Notes: generated by a model not told the origin, from the letters alone. DNA of 14,567 nucleotides from Candidatus Eiseniibacteriota bacterium (GCA_031364845.1 JANLWX010000106.1:1-14567), one strand, 5' to 3'. Positions 1 through 8,824 are shown, counted from the first letter of the stretch. Numbers and translations are program-made.

Positions 1-59
1 GGCAGCCAGGGATGGCTGCCGACAGAGTCGGGGGAGCGGAGCGCGACAGGAAGTCGCGC
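1..59. repeat. Pair of short GC-rich palindromic hairpins (REP-like) with AGG(G/A)A loops
   Basis: GGCAGCCA-GGGA-TGGCTGCC (1-20, perfect 8-bp stem) and GCGCGAC-AGGAA-GTCGCGC (41-59, perfect 7-bp stem), in non-coding DNA downstream of the 145-1365 gene. Confidence 0.4.
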
Positions 60-144
60 GCAGCGGGCGGCGCGGAGCGGTCACCGCTCGCTCCCGCCGC
101 CCCTCGGCCGCGCACCCTGAGAACGACCTCGCTGCCAAGCTAAC

Positions 145-1365
145 TCAGTATGAGAAGTGCGCCTGCGTGTAGAACTGCGTCTCGTCCTCGAAGCCGTAGG
201 CAGCTTCGTCGTCGTGATCAATGCGCCGCACGACCCAGCGCAGTTCGGCGAACGGCACGGGCACCCATTCGCCTTCGATCGCGTATCGCTGGTGCTGGTT
301 CGCCGAGCGCAGCGCGTCGCTGCTGCTGCGATCGGGATTCAGGTAGTCGTAGCGAAGGCGAAAATTGACCGTGCGCCCCGCGGCGTAGTCGATCTCGCCG
401 AAGCCCGCGAGTAGATTCGTCTTGGCGCCGGTGACGAACCCGGGAACCACTGATGGAGCTTCGTCGGTGCCTGCGGCTATCTCGCCGATGACCGAGAACC
501 GGCCATAATTGCCGAGACCGTAGTAACCCCAGCGGGTCGAGCGCTTGAGTCCGAGCGCAGGCCGCTTGAGGTAGGCGTCGTAGAACGAAAACCCGCCCTG
601 ATAGTGGCTGTTGTGGTAGCCCAGCTTCACCGACTTGGTCTCGGCGAATCCACCGTTGAACAGGTTGGCGGGCCCATTGGTCAAAGCGAGCCGACCATAC
701 AATGGACCGCGCTCTCCACCGACTTCGACGCCCATGTCCGGATCGCGCGGATCGTAAGGCAGGAACCGTTCGCCCCCGCTGAAGTCGAGGTAGCCGTTGC
801 GCGTCGAGACGGTGTGATCGTCGAGTCGCAGTCCGAACGGATTGCGAAAGCGGCCGATCTTGAGATAGGCGGCGCCGGGGAGCCCGATCTTGCCGAACGC
901 TTCCTTCTGATCGACACCCCCGCCTGCTCCGCTGCTGAACGCGTCGCGGCTGTACACGAGCGTCAGCTTGTCGTGCGGCTGGAAAGTCAGATGGATCGAG
1001 TTCTCCATCGCGAAGAATCCGAACCGGTCGAGCGAATCCGACTGGGTGGACGTGTTCGTGAGCAGCATGAAGCGCTGGTTGAGACCGATGTAGACCGGCA
1101 TGCGGTCCCCGATCTTGTTCGTGAGATCAAGATCCTTCCACGGACTCGTTTCGCCCTCGGGTTCGATGCTGTGCCGGTTGCGCGCGAACATGAAGCCGTA
1201 GTCGTTGCGCGGGCCGCCGCCGTTCGGATCGAAGTGGCACTGCCCGCACAGATTTCCGGTGCGCGCCGCCCACAGCGGCGTGGTCTGGGCGCGTTTCGCG
1301 ACCAACAGCGAGCCGAGCGAGAGGATGAGGAGCAGCAGCGGAAACACGCGGACGAGACGGCGCAT
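145..1365 (-). CDS. Monoheme cytochrome c / outer-membrane beta-barrel (porin) fusion protein, Cyc2-like architecture, 406 aa
   Basis: ATG at 1365 preceded by GGGAGG. Signal peptide MRRLVRVFPLLLLILSLGSLLVA. N-terminal PLWAARTGNLCGQCH carries a single CxxCH. The rest has alternating-hydrophobic, Gly/aromatic-rich beta-strands and ends FYTQAHFSY (terminal aromatic residue typical of outer-membrane barrels). The ORF-track extension to 1533 overlaps the hydantoinase B gene and was not used. Confidence 0.75.
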   Translation of the reverse strand: MRRLVRVFPLLLLILSLGSLLVAKRAQTTPLWAARTGNLCGQCHFDPNGGGPRNDYGFMFARNRHSIEPEGETSPWKDLDLTNKIGDRMPVYIGLNQRFMLLTNTSTQSDSLDRFGFFAMENSIHLTFQPHDKLTLVYSRDAFSSGAGGGVDQKEAFGKIGLPGAAYLKIGRFRNPFGLRLDDHTVSTRNGYLDFSGGERFLPYDPRDPDMGVEVGGERGPLYGRLALTNGPANLFNGGFAETKSVKLGYHNSHYQGGFSFYDAYLKRPALGLKRSTRWGYYGLGNYGRFSVIGEIAAGTDEAPSVVPGFVTGAKTNLLAGFGEIDYAAGRTVNFRLRYDYLNPDRSSSDALRSANQHQRYAIEGEWVPVPFAELRWVVRRIDHDDEAAYGFEDETQFYTQAHFSY

Positions 1366-1414
1366 GGAACCTCCCGGAATTCGTTGCGGACCACACAATG
1401 CGGATGCGGCTGAA

Positions 1415-3091
1415 TCAGGTGTCAGAATCCGGAAGGCGTCCGCGTCGCCTGACCGAAACTCGCGCGCGCGGGCGGCGTGTGCCGGAATCGGGAGTTCCCG
1501 CTTCAAGCCCACGGCGTCCGTGCCCCCCACCACCGGGGCTCGCCAGCGTTATCACCGCACCCGCCGGCAGGTCAACGAGGAACTTGCCCGGCATCCGTCG
1601 GGCGGCCGTCCCTGGACGTTCGCGCACGCGGTTCTCGCCCGCCTCCCCCGGCGCGCCACCGGCGAGACCGTAAGGTCCACGGCGCCTGCGATCGGAGATC
1701 ACGGTGACACGCGCCGGAGCGCGCAACTCGATCGAGCGCACGATGCCATCGCCGCCGCGATGCTTCCCTGCGCCACCGCTGCCCCGGCGCACGCGTGTCT
1801 CGACCACGCGCAGCGGATACGCATGCTCGAGACTTTCGACCGGCGTGTTGCGCGTGTTGGTCATGTGCGCCTGCATCGCTGAAGCGCCATCCCACCCCGG
1901 CCCCGCGCCATGTCCGCCGCCAAGCGTTTCGTAGTACGCGAACGGCTGGCCGGAGCGCGGATCGCGTCCGCCGATCAGCAGGTTGTTCATGGTGCCGCTG
2001 CTGGCCGCGGGCACGCGGTGTGGCAGCGCGCGCGCGAGCGCGCCGAGCACGACATCGACGATGCGCTGCGAGGTTTCGACATTGCCGGCCGCGACGGCGG
2101 CGGGTGGCAGCGGATTAACGACCGTGCCCGGCGGTGCGACGACCTCGATGCGCGCGAGCGACCCGTGGTTGATCGGGAAATCTCCGCCCAGCACGCAGCG
2201 CATCGCGTATGTGGACGCGGCACGGGTGACGGCTTCCGCCGCGTTCACCGGGCCCGCTGTCTGCGGACTCGATCCGGTGAAGTCGACCCGCGCGCGGTCA
2301 CCTCCGAGCGTTAACCGCACGCGGATCGGGATCGGGCCGTTGCCGAGACCATCGTCGTCGAGTGCGTCTTCGAACGTGAACGCGCCGCGCGGCAGCGCGC
2401 GCAGCGCATCGCGCACGCAGCGCTCGGCGTAGTCCATCAACGCGGCCGCGGCGCGCTGCAATGTTTGCAGGCCATGCGCGTGAGCCATCTCCACCAGCCG
2501 CCGCTCGCCGGTGTGCTGTGCGGCAAGTTGCGCGAACAGATCCGCGCGACGCTCGCGCGGCGTGCGAACGTTCGCGAGCATCAGTTCCAGCACGTCCTCG
2601 ACGACGATTCCTTTGCGCATGAGATGCACGGGCGGAATGCGAAAGCCTTCTTCGTAGACTTCGCGCGCGAGCGGCATCGAGCCGGGGGCGGCACCCCCGA
2701 TGTCGGCGTGATGGGCGCGGCTCGCGACCAGGAAGTCAGGGGCATGCGATCGCCGCCGCCCCGCGTACACCGGCGACACCAGCGTCACATCGGGCAGGTG
2801 CGTGCCCCCGGCAAACGGATCGTTGAGCATCACGACGTCGCCGGCGGCGAGCACACAACGCTCGAGCACGACTTCGACCGCGCGCGGCATGCTGCCGAGA
2901 TGCACCGGAATATGCGCGGCCTGAGCGATCAGGCGGCCGCAACCGTCGAAGATCGCGCACGAGTGGTCGAGGCGCTCGGTGATGTTCGGCGAGTGCGCGG
3001 CGCGCATGAGTGCGGTGCCCATCTCCTCCGCGGCAGCGGCGAACAGGCTTTGATGGAGCGCGAGTGTGGCGCCATCGAAGCGCGCGGTCAT
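1415..3091 (-). CDS. Hydantoinase B / 5-oxoprolinase family subunit B
   Basis: ATG at 3091 overlaps the upstream stop (TGATG). Motifs: EEMG..L.R.A.SPNI.ER.D.SCAIFD, HIPVHLGSM, NDPFAGGTHLPD, HHADIGG..PGSM, GTMNN, YYETLGGG, HMTNTRNTPVE.LE..YP, SGG.G..RGGDG, PGGGG.G. Confidence 0.93.
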   Translation of the reverse strand: MTARFDGATLALHQSLFAAAAEEMGTALMRAAHSPNITERLDHSCAIFDGCGRLIAQAAHIPVHLGSMPRAVEVVLERCVLAAGDVVMLNDPFAGGTHLPDVTLVSPVYAGRRRSHAPDFLVASRAHHADIGGAAPGSMPLAREVYEEGFRIPPVHLMRKGIVVEDVLELMLANVRTPRERRADLFAQLAAQHTGERRLVEMAHAHGLQTLQRAAAALMDYAERCVRDALRALPRGAFTFEDALDDDGLGNGPIPIRVRLTLGGDRARVDFTGSSPQTAGPVNAAEAVTRAASTYAMRCVLGGDFPINHGSLARIEVVAPPGTVVNPLPPAAVAAGNVETSQRIVDVVLGALARALPHRVPAASSGTMNNLLIGGRDPRSGQPFAYYETLGGGHGAGPGWDGASAMQAHMTNTRNTPVESLEHAYPLRVVETRVRRGSGGAGKHRGGDGIVRSIELRAPARVTVISDRRRRGPYGLAGGAPGEAGENRVRERPGTAARRMPGKFLVDLPAGAVITLASPGGGGHGRRGLEAGTPDSGTRRPRARVSVRRRGRLPDSDT

Positions 3092-5091
3092 CACGACGCG
3101 CCGCGCGTGAGCACGAGCGCGCCGCGCGCGTGGCGGCGCGCGGTCCAGCCCGGGGCCACCCACAGGGTCGCACCGGCCTCGAGCACGAGCGCCGGGCCTC
3201 GCGCAGTGAAGCTGGCGCCGAGCGCCTCCATGCGCCACACGGGCGTCGCGAGCTTGCGGCCGCCGTGATGCACCGCGACCTTCGGCTCGTGCCGCGTTGC
3301 TCCGCGCGTGCCAACACGTGCAGGCCGTGGCATCGATTCTCCGGGCAAGGATGCGCGCACTTCGAGCGTCACGACTTCGACGGCGGCGGTGCGGACGTCG
3401 TATCCGTAGCGCCGGTGATGCTCGGCATGGAAGCGCTGCGCGAGATCGCCGCGCGCATCGACCGACAGCTCGTGCGCCTGCCCTCGATAGCGTGCTTCGG
3501 CCCGGTATTCCATCTTGAGCCCGCCACGTTCGCGGGGCGCGAACTCGCCGCGCACCTCCGACTCGAGCGCGCGCAATGCGCGGGCGATCGCGCGCGGATC
3601 GCCCGCATCGAGCAACACCGAGCGGCTCCGCTCGCGCCGCGAACCTCCGCCGAGCGCGCCGAGCGCCGAGAGCACGCCCGCGTGCAGCGGAAACAGCACC
3701 GCGCAACCGAGCGTTTCGGCAAGCCCGCACGCGAACAGTCCACCCGCTCCGCCGAAGCTCACGAGTGCCGCGCCCCGCGGATCATGACCGCGTTCGACCG
3801 ACACGCGCCGCAACGCGGCCGCCATGTGTGATTCGGCGAGCGCCACCACGCCTTCGGCCGCGCGCATCGCGTTGCGGGCCCCGAGCGCCCGCGTCAGCCC
3901 GTCGATCGCGCGTTGCGCGGCGGCGCGATCGATCGGAAACGTCCCGCCCGCAAGCGCCTCCCCCGGAATCCGGCCGAGCACGACGAGCGCGTCGGTCACG
4001 GTGGGCGGACCGCCGCGCCCGTAGCACGCGGGCCCGGGAACCGACCCCGCGCTCTCGGGCCCGACATGGAGCAGTCCGCCGGCATCGACCCGCGCGATCG
4101 AACCACCACCGGCGCCGACCGTATGCACGTCGAGCATCGGAAGCTGAATCGGAATCCCGGCGATCTCCCGCGCGCGACGTCGCGGAAGGCCGCCGTCGAG
4201 ATACGCGCAGTCGGTCGAGGTGCCGCCGACGTCGAGTGTGAGCGCGGTGCGAAACCCTGCGTCGCGCGCGGCGGAGTGCGCCGCGCTCACGCCCGCGGCC
4301 GGACCGGACAGAAGCTGGCGCGCGGGTTCACGCGCGGCACGCCTGACGGGTGCCGTGCCGCCATGCGACAGCACGATCTCGAGACCACGGCCCGCACGGT
4401 TCGCGAGCGCTCCGAGATAAGTGGCGACGCGCGGAACCAGGAACGCGTTCGCGACCGTGGTCACGAAACGTTCGTACTCGCGAACTTCGGGACACAGATC
4501 GGAAGAGCGTGTGATGGGAACTCCAAGCCCGCGAAGCGCGCGCTCGAGCGCGCGTTCGTTCGCGGGATCGGCGTAGGAGTGCAACAAGCCGATCGCGATC
4601 GCCTCCGGCCGGGTGGCGGCCACGGCGCGTCGCACGCGCGCGATCTCGGCCGGCGTCAGCTTCTGCCACGGCTCTCCACGGGGTCCGGTGCGCTCGCGGA
4701 CACCGACACATCGATTCGCAGGCACCAGCGGCTCCGGGCGCCGTGGTGCGAGCGCGTAGATGTCGGGGCGGTCCTGCCGGCCGATCGCGAGCAGATCTTC
4801 GAAGCCCGCCGTGGTGACGAACGTGACGCGCGCGCCTTTGCGCTCGAGCAACGCGTTGGTCGCGACCGTCGAGCCATGCCGCACGCGCGAGGCACGAGTT
4901 GCCCCGAGGCGTTCGAGACCTTGGAGCACCGCGCGGTCAGGCGCGTCCGGAGTCGACGGCAGCTTGAGTGTGACCAGACGCCCGTCCGCGAATCCCACGA
5001 AGTCGGTGAACGTTCCACCGGTGTCGATGCCCGCGGCCGCCAGCCGGGAGACCGGCTTTCGAGATTTCGATCGCGCCGCGCGCGCGGTCAC
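3091..5091 (-). CDS. Hydantoinase A / 5-oxoprolinase family subunit A (ATP-binding)
   Basis: GTG at 5091 overlaps the upstream stop (GTGA), with GGAG upstream. Motifs: GIDTGGTFTD, HGSTVATNALLERKG, LLSGPAAG, DVGGTSTD, GAGGGSIA, GPESAG..PGPACYGRGG.PTVTDA, FGGAGGL, RYRGQ.HEL. Confidence 0.93.
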   Translation of the reverse strand: MTARAARSKSRKPVSRLAAAGIDTGGTFTDFVGFADGRLVTLKLPSTPDAPDRAVLQGLERLGATRASRVRHGSTVATNALLERKGARVTFVTTAGFEDLLAIGRQDRPDIYALAPRRPEPLVPANRCVGVRERTGPRGEPWQKLTPAEIARVRRAVAATRPEAIAIGLLHSYADPANERALERALRGLGVPITRSSDLCPEVREYERFVTTVANAFLVPRVATYLGALANRAGRGLEIVLSHGGTAPVRRAAREPARQLLSGPAAGVSAAHSAARDAGFRTALTLDVGGTSTDCAYLDGGLPRRRAREIAGIPIQLPMLDVHTVGAGGGSIARVDAGGLLHVGPESAGSVPGPACYGRGGPPTVTDALVVLGRIPGEALAGGTFPIDRAAAQRAIDGLTRALGARNAMRAAEGVVALAESHMAAALRRVSVERGHDPRGAALVSFGGAGGLFACGLAETLGCAVLFPLHAGVLSALGALGGGSRRERSRSVLLDAGDPRAIARALRALESEVRGEFAPRERGGLKMEYRAEARYRGQAHELSVDARGDLAQRFHAEHHRRYGYDVRTAAVEVVTLEVRASLPGESMPRPARVGTRGATRHEPKVAVHHGGRKLATPVWRMEALGASFTARGPALVLEAGATLWVAPGWTARRHARGALVLTRGAS

Positions 5092-5621
5092 GTGGCAGCA
5101 CTCCGTTTGCGCAGCTTGCGGCGCAGCGCATCGACGCCGATTCCCACGCCGATCAGCGCGAAGGCGCCGACGATGATCCAGATCGGAACCTCGAACTTCC
5201 GGCCGATGAGCGCGAGCACATAGTAGTAAGGCATGGAGCCGAGGAACGTCGCGAGGCCATAGAGTCCGATCGGATAGCCGATGGTCGCCGCGACCAGCTT
5301 GAGCGGCGCATCCGGCAGCGGCGTCGCGCGCGCGACCGTCAGCGCCAGGAACGACGCCGATGGGAATTGCTTGAGCGCCTCTTCGATCTTCACGCGCGAC
5401 GGCGTGAAGCGGCGCATCCACGGCTGATTGCTCGCGAGCAGCCATCGCAGCAGCAGCAACTGCGTGGCACTGCCGAGCGCACTGGCGAAGCCGCCGAACA
5501 CCGCGATCTTCCAGGGTTCATGGAAGCGGCCATAGACGAGCAGCAATGCCGTGGTCGCGAACGCGAGCGTGGCGGCATCGACATAGAGCAGCAGGCACAG
5601 CAGGACGAGCGACTTGCCGAT
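5088..5621 (-). CDS. DedA/VTT-domain (SNARE-associated-like) inner membrane protein
   Basis: Several hydrophobic helices with a DedA-type pattern (GG.ASALGS...; RATPLPDAP.KL.A). Coupled to hydantoinase A. Start is uncertain: TTG at 5648 has no obvious RBS, while a strong GGAGGT lies 5 nt before an in-frame ATC at 5621. Confidence 0.75.
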   Translation of the reverse strand: MGKSLVLLCLLLYVDAATLAFATTALLLVYGRFHEPWKIAVFGGFASALGSATQLLLLRWLLASNQPWMRRFTPSRVKIEEALKQFPSASFLALTVARATPLPDAPLKLVAATIGYPIGLYGLATFLGSMPYYYVLALIGRKFEVPIWIIVGAFALIGVGIGVDALRRKLRKRSAAT

Positions 5622-5716
5622 CGGACACCTCCGGCGCAATGAACGCAAAAGCGGCGGGATCGTACTGCATGCTCGGCGTGCCGGAAACGCGCGCCGCCGC
5701 GACAGCCATCAAATCG

Positions 5717-5759
5717 AAGGGCCGCGTGGCGAATCCTGGGATTCGACCACGCGGCCCTT
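5717..5759. terminator. Strong hairpin, probable intrinsic (possibly bidirectional) terminator
   Basis: AAGGGCCGCGTGG-CGAATC-CTGG-GATTCG-A-CCACGCGGCCCTT, a 19-bp stem with one bulge, about 30 nt downstream of the stop at 5789. Confidence 0.7.
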
Positions 5760-5788
5760 TCACTTCACATCCGTGCTGCGACGAGCGA

Positions 5789-7333
5789 TCAGCCCACCGG
5801 TGCCGAAGGCGGCGGAGCTCCCGGATCGTTCGGCGGCGCGAACGACGACGGAGGCGACGGCGGCGGCGGTGACGGAGGCATGTGCGAAGGCGGTGCCGGC
5901 GGAACATACGGTGCGGGCGCGAACGGCACGGCCCCACCCGCCGGTGCGGGAGCAGGCGTGTTGCGTCCCCACTGATTCCCACGCCACCAGCGCGCGAGCG
6001 TTCCCGCCTTGATCTCGGTGCGCATCCACGCCCCGGCGCCGAACGTCAGCGCGACGACACCGGTGATGAACGCGACCACCGAGATGAACGTGCCGAGCCC
6101 GTGCAACGGGCCGAGTTGCATGATCTCGCCGACCACATCGGCGCCGCCCAGCACCAGCGCTCCGGCCAGAGCCTTGCGGGTCAGCGTCGGCGCCGGCTTC
6201 TCGACCACGATTCCGCCGGGCGGCACGGCCGACGACGAGGCGAGCCTGCCCAGTACGATCTCGCCGATCACGACCGCGGCGACCACGAAGCCCCAGCACC
6301 AGATCAGTGCGAGGAACAGGAAGTAGGCGAGCAGGGCAGCAAGCGCGAATGGAATGCCGATGATCGTGATGCACAGGATCGCGACCACCAGAGCGAGTGC
6401 GACGATCGATGGAATGATGAGCGCGAAGATCAGCGCCCCGACTCCGAGCGATAGTCCCGGAGCCGCGCGCAGCGTGGCGACCGCGGCCGTGGTGCGTCCG
6501 GGTCCGAGCCGCGTGAACGCCCACGCCAAGCCGAGCACGATCAAAAGCCACACGATAGAGCCCGAAGCGTCCTTGCCGCGCCGGTCGCGGTGACGACGGG
6601 GAACACTCTCGCCATCGTCGACCGGAATCTTGCCGTTGTCGATCACGAGTGGATGGCGGCGCGCGGCGAGGCCACTCACCCGCTGTCCGCCGACCTTGGC
6701 GCCGTCTTCCTCGCTGAGACGTCCGCCCATGCACACGACGTCGCCGTCGATGCGCGCGGTCGACTTGAGGAACACGTCACCGCCCATGGCGGCGACATCG
6801 CCTTCGACGTGCCCGGCGATCGTGACGTCGCCACCGAGGGCCACGACGTCACCGACCACGACCTGGTCCGCCTCGATCTCGATGTCCGATCCGAGCCGCG
6901 TGATGTTGCCGGACTTGCCGGGCGCGGAAGGTGCGATCGGCTCTGCCGGCGGCACCGGCTCGGAGATGTCCGTGATTTCCGGCTCGGCCGGCGGCTCGGG
7001 AACCGCGGGCGCCGTGCCGGACGCGCGGCGCGCGGCGTTGCGCGCGCGGCGCTGCTCGAACTCGGACAGGCTCTCCGCCGGCACCGGCTTGAAGTCGAGC
7101 ACTTCCTGCGCTTCGACGCTCGCCGCACCCGACCGCGCAATTGCCGCCACGGAACGCAGTGCCGCGCGAACCGCGCGCGACTCCTCGCGGGTACTCTGGA
7201 TCGCGTCACGGACCCCGTGCGTCCCTGCGGCGATCTCCGAACGATCTCTACATGCGTTGCGTGCTCCCGTCGCCACGAGCCCGACTGCGACCACGAGCAG
7301 GAGCAGGACGAGCAGCCTGGATTTCGAGTTCAT
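5789..7333 (-). CDS. Membrane protein with bactofilin/polymer-forming-like beta-helix repeats, multiple TM helices and a Pro-rich C-terminus
   Basis: N-terminal signal/anchor. Repeats GDVVALGGDV / GDVAAMGGDV / GDVVCMGG.L. About 5-6 hydrophobic segments, including ALILCITIIGIP-like ALVVAILCITIIGIPFAL. Pro-rich tail. ATGA overlap with the upstream gene, and GGAG RBS. Confidence 0.75.
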   Translation of the reverse strand: MNSKSRLLVLLLLVVAVGLVATGARNACRDRSEIAAGTHGVRDAIQSTREESRAVRAALRSVAAIARSGAASVEAQEVLDFKPVPAESLSEFEQRRARNAARRASGTAPAVPEPPAEPEITDISEPVPPAEPIAPSAPGKSGNITRLGSDIEIEADQVVVGDVVALGGDVTIAGHVEGDVAAMGGDVFLKSTARIDGDVVCMGGRLSEEDGAKVGGQRVSGLAARRHPLVIDNGKIPVDDGESVPRRHRDRRGKDASGSIVWLLIVLGLAWAFTRLGPGRTTAAVATLRAAPGLSLGVGALIFALIIPSIVALALVVAILCITIIGIPFALAALLAYFLFLALIWCWGFVVAAVVIGEIVLGRLASSSAVPPGGIVVEKPAPTLTRKALAGALVLGGADVVGEIMQLGPLHGLGTFISVVAFITGVVALTFGAGAWMRTEIKAGTLARWWRGNQWGRNTPAPAPAGGAVPFAPAPYVPPAPPSHMPPSPPPPSPPSSFAPPNDPGAPPPSAPVG

Positions 7334-8400
7334 CGTGCTCCCTCCGAGATGCTGATATCACCGGATGCCGTGCGGACGTTGACGGGAGCCGTGCCCTTGC
7401 GCACGACCGCCCTGAGTTGGTGACGGGTCACGTTCTGGACGTCGAGCGGAACGTCGATCTGAATCTCGCCGTTCGAGGTTTCGAGATCGAGGACACAGGC
7501 GACCGTTCCCACGAGCTTGAGATCGACCGTGCCGTTTGTGGTCTCGATCTGCGATCGGCGGATCGGCGACTGAAGTCCCACCGATACGTCACCGCTCGCG
7601 CTCTCGATCGTGATCTGTCCGGAAGCCTTGCCGATCGACACCTCACCGCTGGCCGTCGCGACGTCAATCCCGCGCAGTGCCGAGTCGACGATGATGTCGC
7701 CGCTGGTGGTCGAGACTCTCAGGCTGTCGGCCGATTCCTTGACCCGCACGTTGCCGCTGGTCGTCGATGCCAAGAGCGCTCCCCGCATCCGGTCGGCGAC
7801 CAGATCGCCGCTCACGGTACGCACCGAAGCCGCACCACATTCGACGAGGTGCACGTCTCCGCTGGTCGTGTTCGCGCGCACCGCGCGGGCGTCGGTCACC
7901 GACAGGTCACCGCTGGTGGACTCGATCAGCTGCGGGCTCTGGATTCCGGTCGAGGTGAGATCGCCGCTCGTCGACTTGAGCGTGACCGGAATCCCGTCGG
8001 GGACATCGATCGCGAGCCGGATCTCGACCCGCGGCAGCTCGAAGTCGGAGAACAGGTCCCAGAAGCGGATCTTGACGGTCTGGCGCTGCGGGTACATCAC
8101 GCGCACCGTGTATTCGCCGCCGCGGTTCTCGGCGGTCACGCGCGTCTCGGCCGACACGCGTTTCGCCCACTTCTCATCGTTGGACCGCACGACCTTGAGC
8201 GCGCTGAGGCGGATTTCGGACCCGCTGGCGCGTGAGACGGTCACCTGGCCCCGGGCATTTTCGATTCTCAGGGACCGGATGCCCGCGACCGGGATCGACC
8301 GGGTGCTCTCCTCGTGCCACGACTCCGACCGGGCGGAACCCGGTACTGCCACGGTCAGGAGCATTAGCAGTATGGGTGCTGCGTTTCTCATGTGCCTCAC
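7330..8400 (-). CDS. DUF4097 (putative adhesin) family beta-strand repeat protein, secreted
   Basis: GTG at 8400 lies 5 nt after GGAGG (alternative ATG at 8391). Signal peptide. Many (S/T)(T/V/A)SGD(L/V/I) and T(T/S)NG repeats, ending VRTASGDISI. Confidence 0.82.
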   Translation of the reverse strand: MRHMRNAAPILLMLLTVAVPGSARSESWHEESTRSIPVAGIRSLRIENARGQVTVSRASGSEIRLSALKVVRSNDEKWAKRVSAETRVTAENRGGEYTVRVMYPQRQTVKIRFWDLFSDFELPRVEIRLAIDVPDGIPVTLKSTSGDLTSTGIQSPQLIESTSGDLSVTDARAVRANTTSGDVHLVECGAASVRTVSGDLVADRMRGALLASTTSGNVRVKESADSLRVSTTSGDIIVDSALRGIDVATASGEVSIGKASGQITIESASGDVSVGLQSPIRRSQIETTNGTVDLKLVGTVACVLDLETSNGEIQIDVPLDVQNVTRHQLRAVVRKGTAPVNVRTASGDISISEGAR

Positions 8401-8426
8401 GGGAACCTCCTCCTCGTGCAAGCCTT

Positions 8427-8452
8427 TACGGAGGGCTCCCCGCGGAAGTTTC
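8427..8452 (-). promoter_or_regulatory. Candidate ECF-sigma promoter (GAAAC-N17-CGTA)
   Basis: Minus strand GAAAC ttccgcggggagccctc CGTA, located between the upstream terminator and the RBS of the DUF4097 gene. Resembles the ECF AAC...CGT consensus. Confidence 0.4.
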
Positions 8453-8482
8453 GTCGGCGACGGGGTTTCGGAGCCGGCGGAC

Positions 8483-8521
8483 AAACAGAAGAGGGGAGTC
8501 TCCGCAATGGATTCTCCCCTC
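8483..8521 (-). terminator. Intrinsic terminator after the small lipoprotein gene
   Basis: Minus strand GAGGGGAG-AATCCATTGCGGAGA-CTCCCCTC followed by TTCTGTTT. Confidence 0.75.
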
Positions 8522-8548
8522 CCGTTGGAACCGAGTCATGGACTCGGA

Positions 8549-8755
8549 TCAGTGCTGCATGGTCGTATCCGCCATGGCCGTGCTGTCCATCATGGTGGAA
8601 TCCACCATCATGTTGTCGGCCGGAGGCACCGTCTCCGTCGTGGTGGCAGGCGTCTCCTCGACAGTCTTCTGTCCGCAGCTGACCGCAGCCAGTGCCATCG
8701 TGAGCGACAGAAGCGCAACCATTGCAAGCGCGAAGTTCTTCCGCATTAGGTTCAT
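8549..8755 (-). CDS. Small lipoprotein (68 aa) with a low-complexity Thr/Met/Asp-rich mature part
   Basis: Near-perfect RBS AGGAGGTG before the ATG. Basic N-terminus, hydrophobic core and lipobox AVS-C. Followed by a terminator. Confidence 0.8.
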   Translation of the reverse strand: MNLMRKNFALAMVALLSLTMALAAVSCGQKTVEETPATTTETVPPADNMMVDSTMMDSTAMADTTMQH

Positions 8756-8824
8756 TTCACCTCCTCTCGGACTCGCCGCGCCAACCCGAGGTCGGCCACG
8801 GCCCGTTCAATTTCGTTCGATCAT

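Noticed and set aside
3092..3730. Long N-terminal extensions in the ORF track (hydantoinase B to 3730, hydantoinase A to 5445, CBS to 11859, porin to 1533)
   Set aside because: They overlap upstream genes or terminators and are low-complexity. Downstream starts have an RBS or stop-start coupling.
5840..5900. Repetitive GGCGGC/GACG tract
   Set aside because: Explained by the Pro/Ser-rich C-terminus of the 5789-7333 protein. Not a CRISPR array or a mobile repeat.
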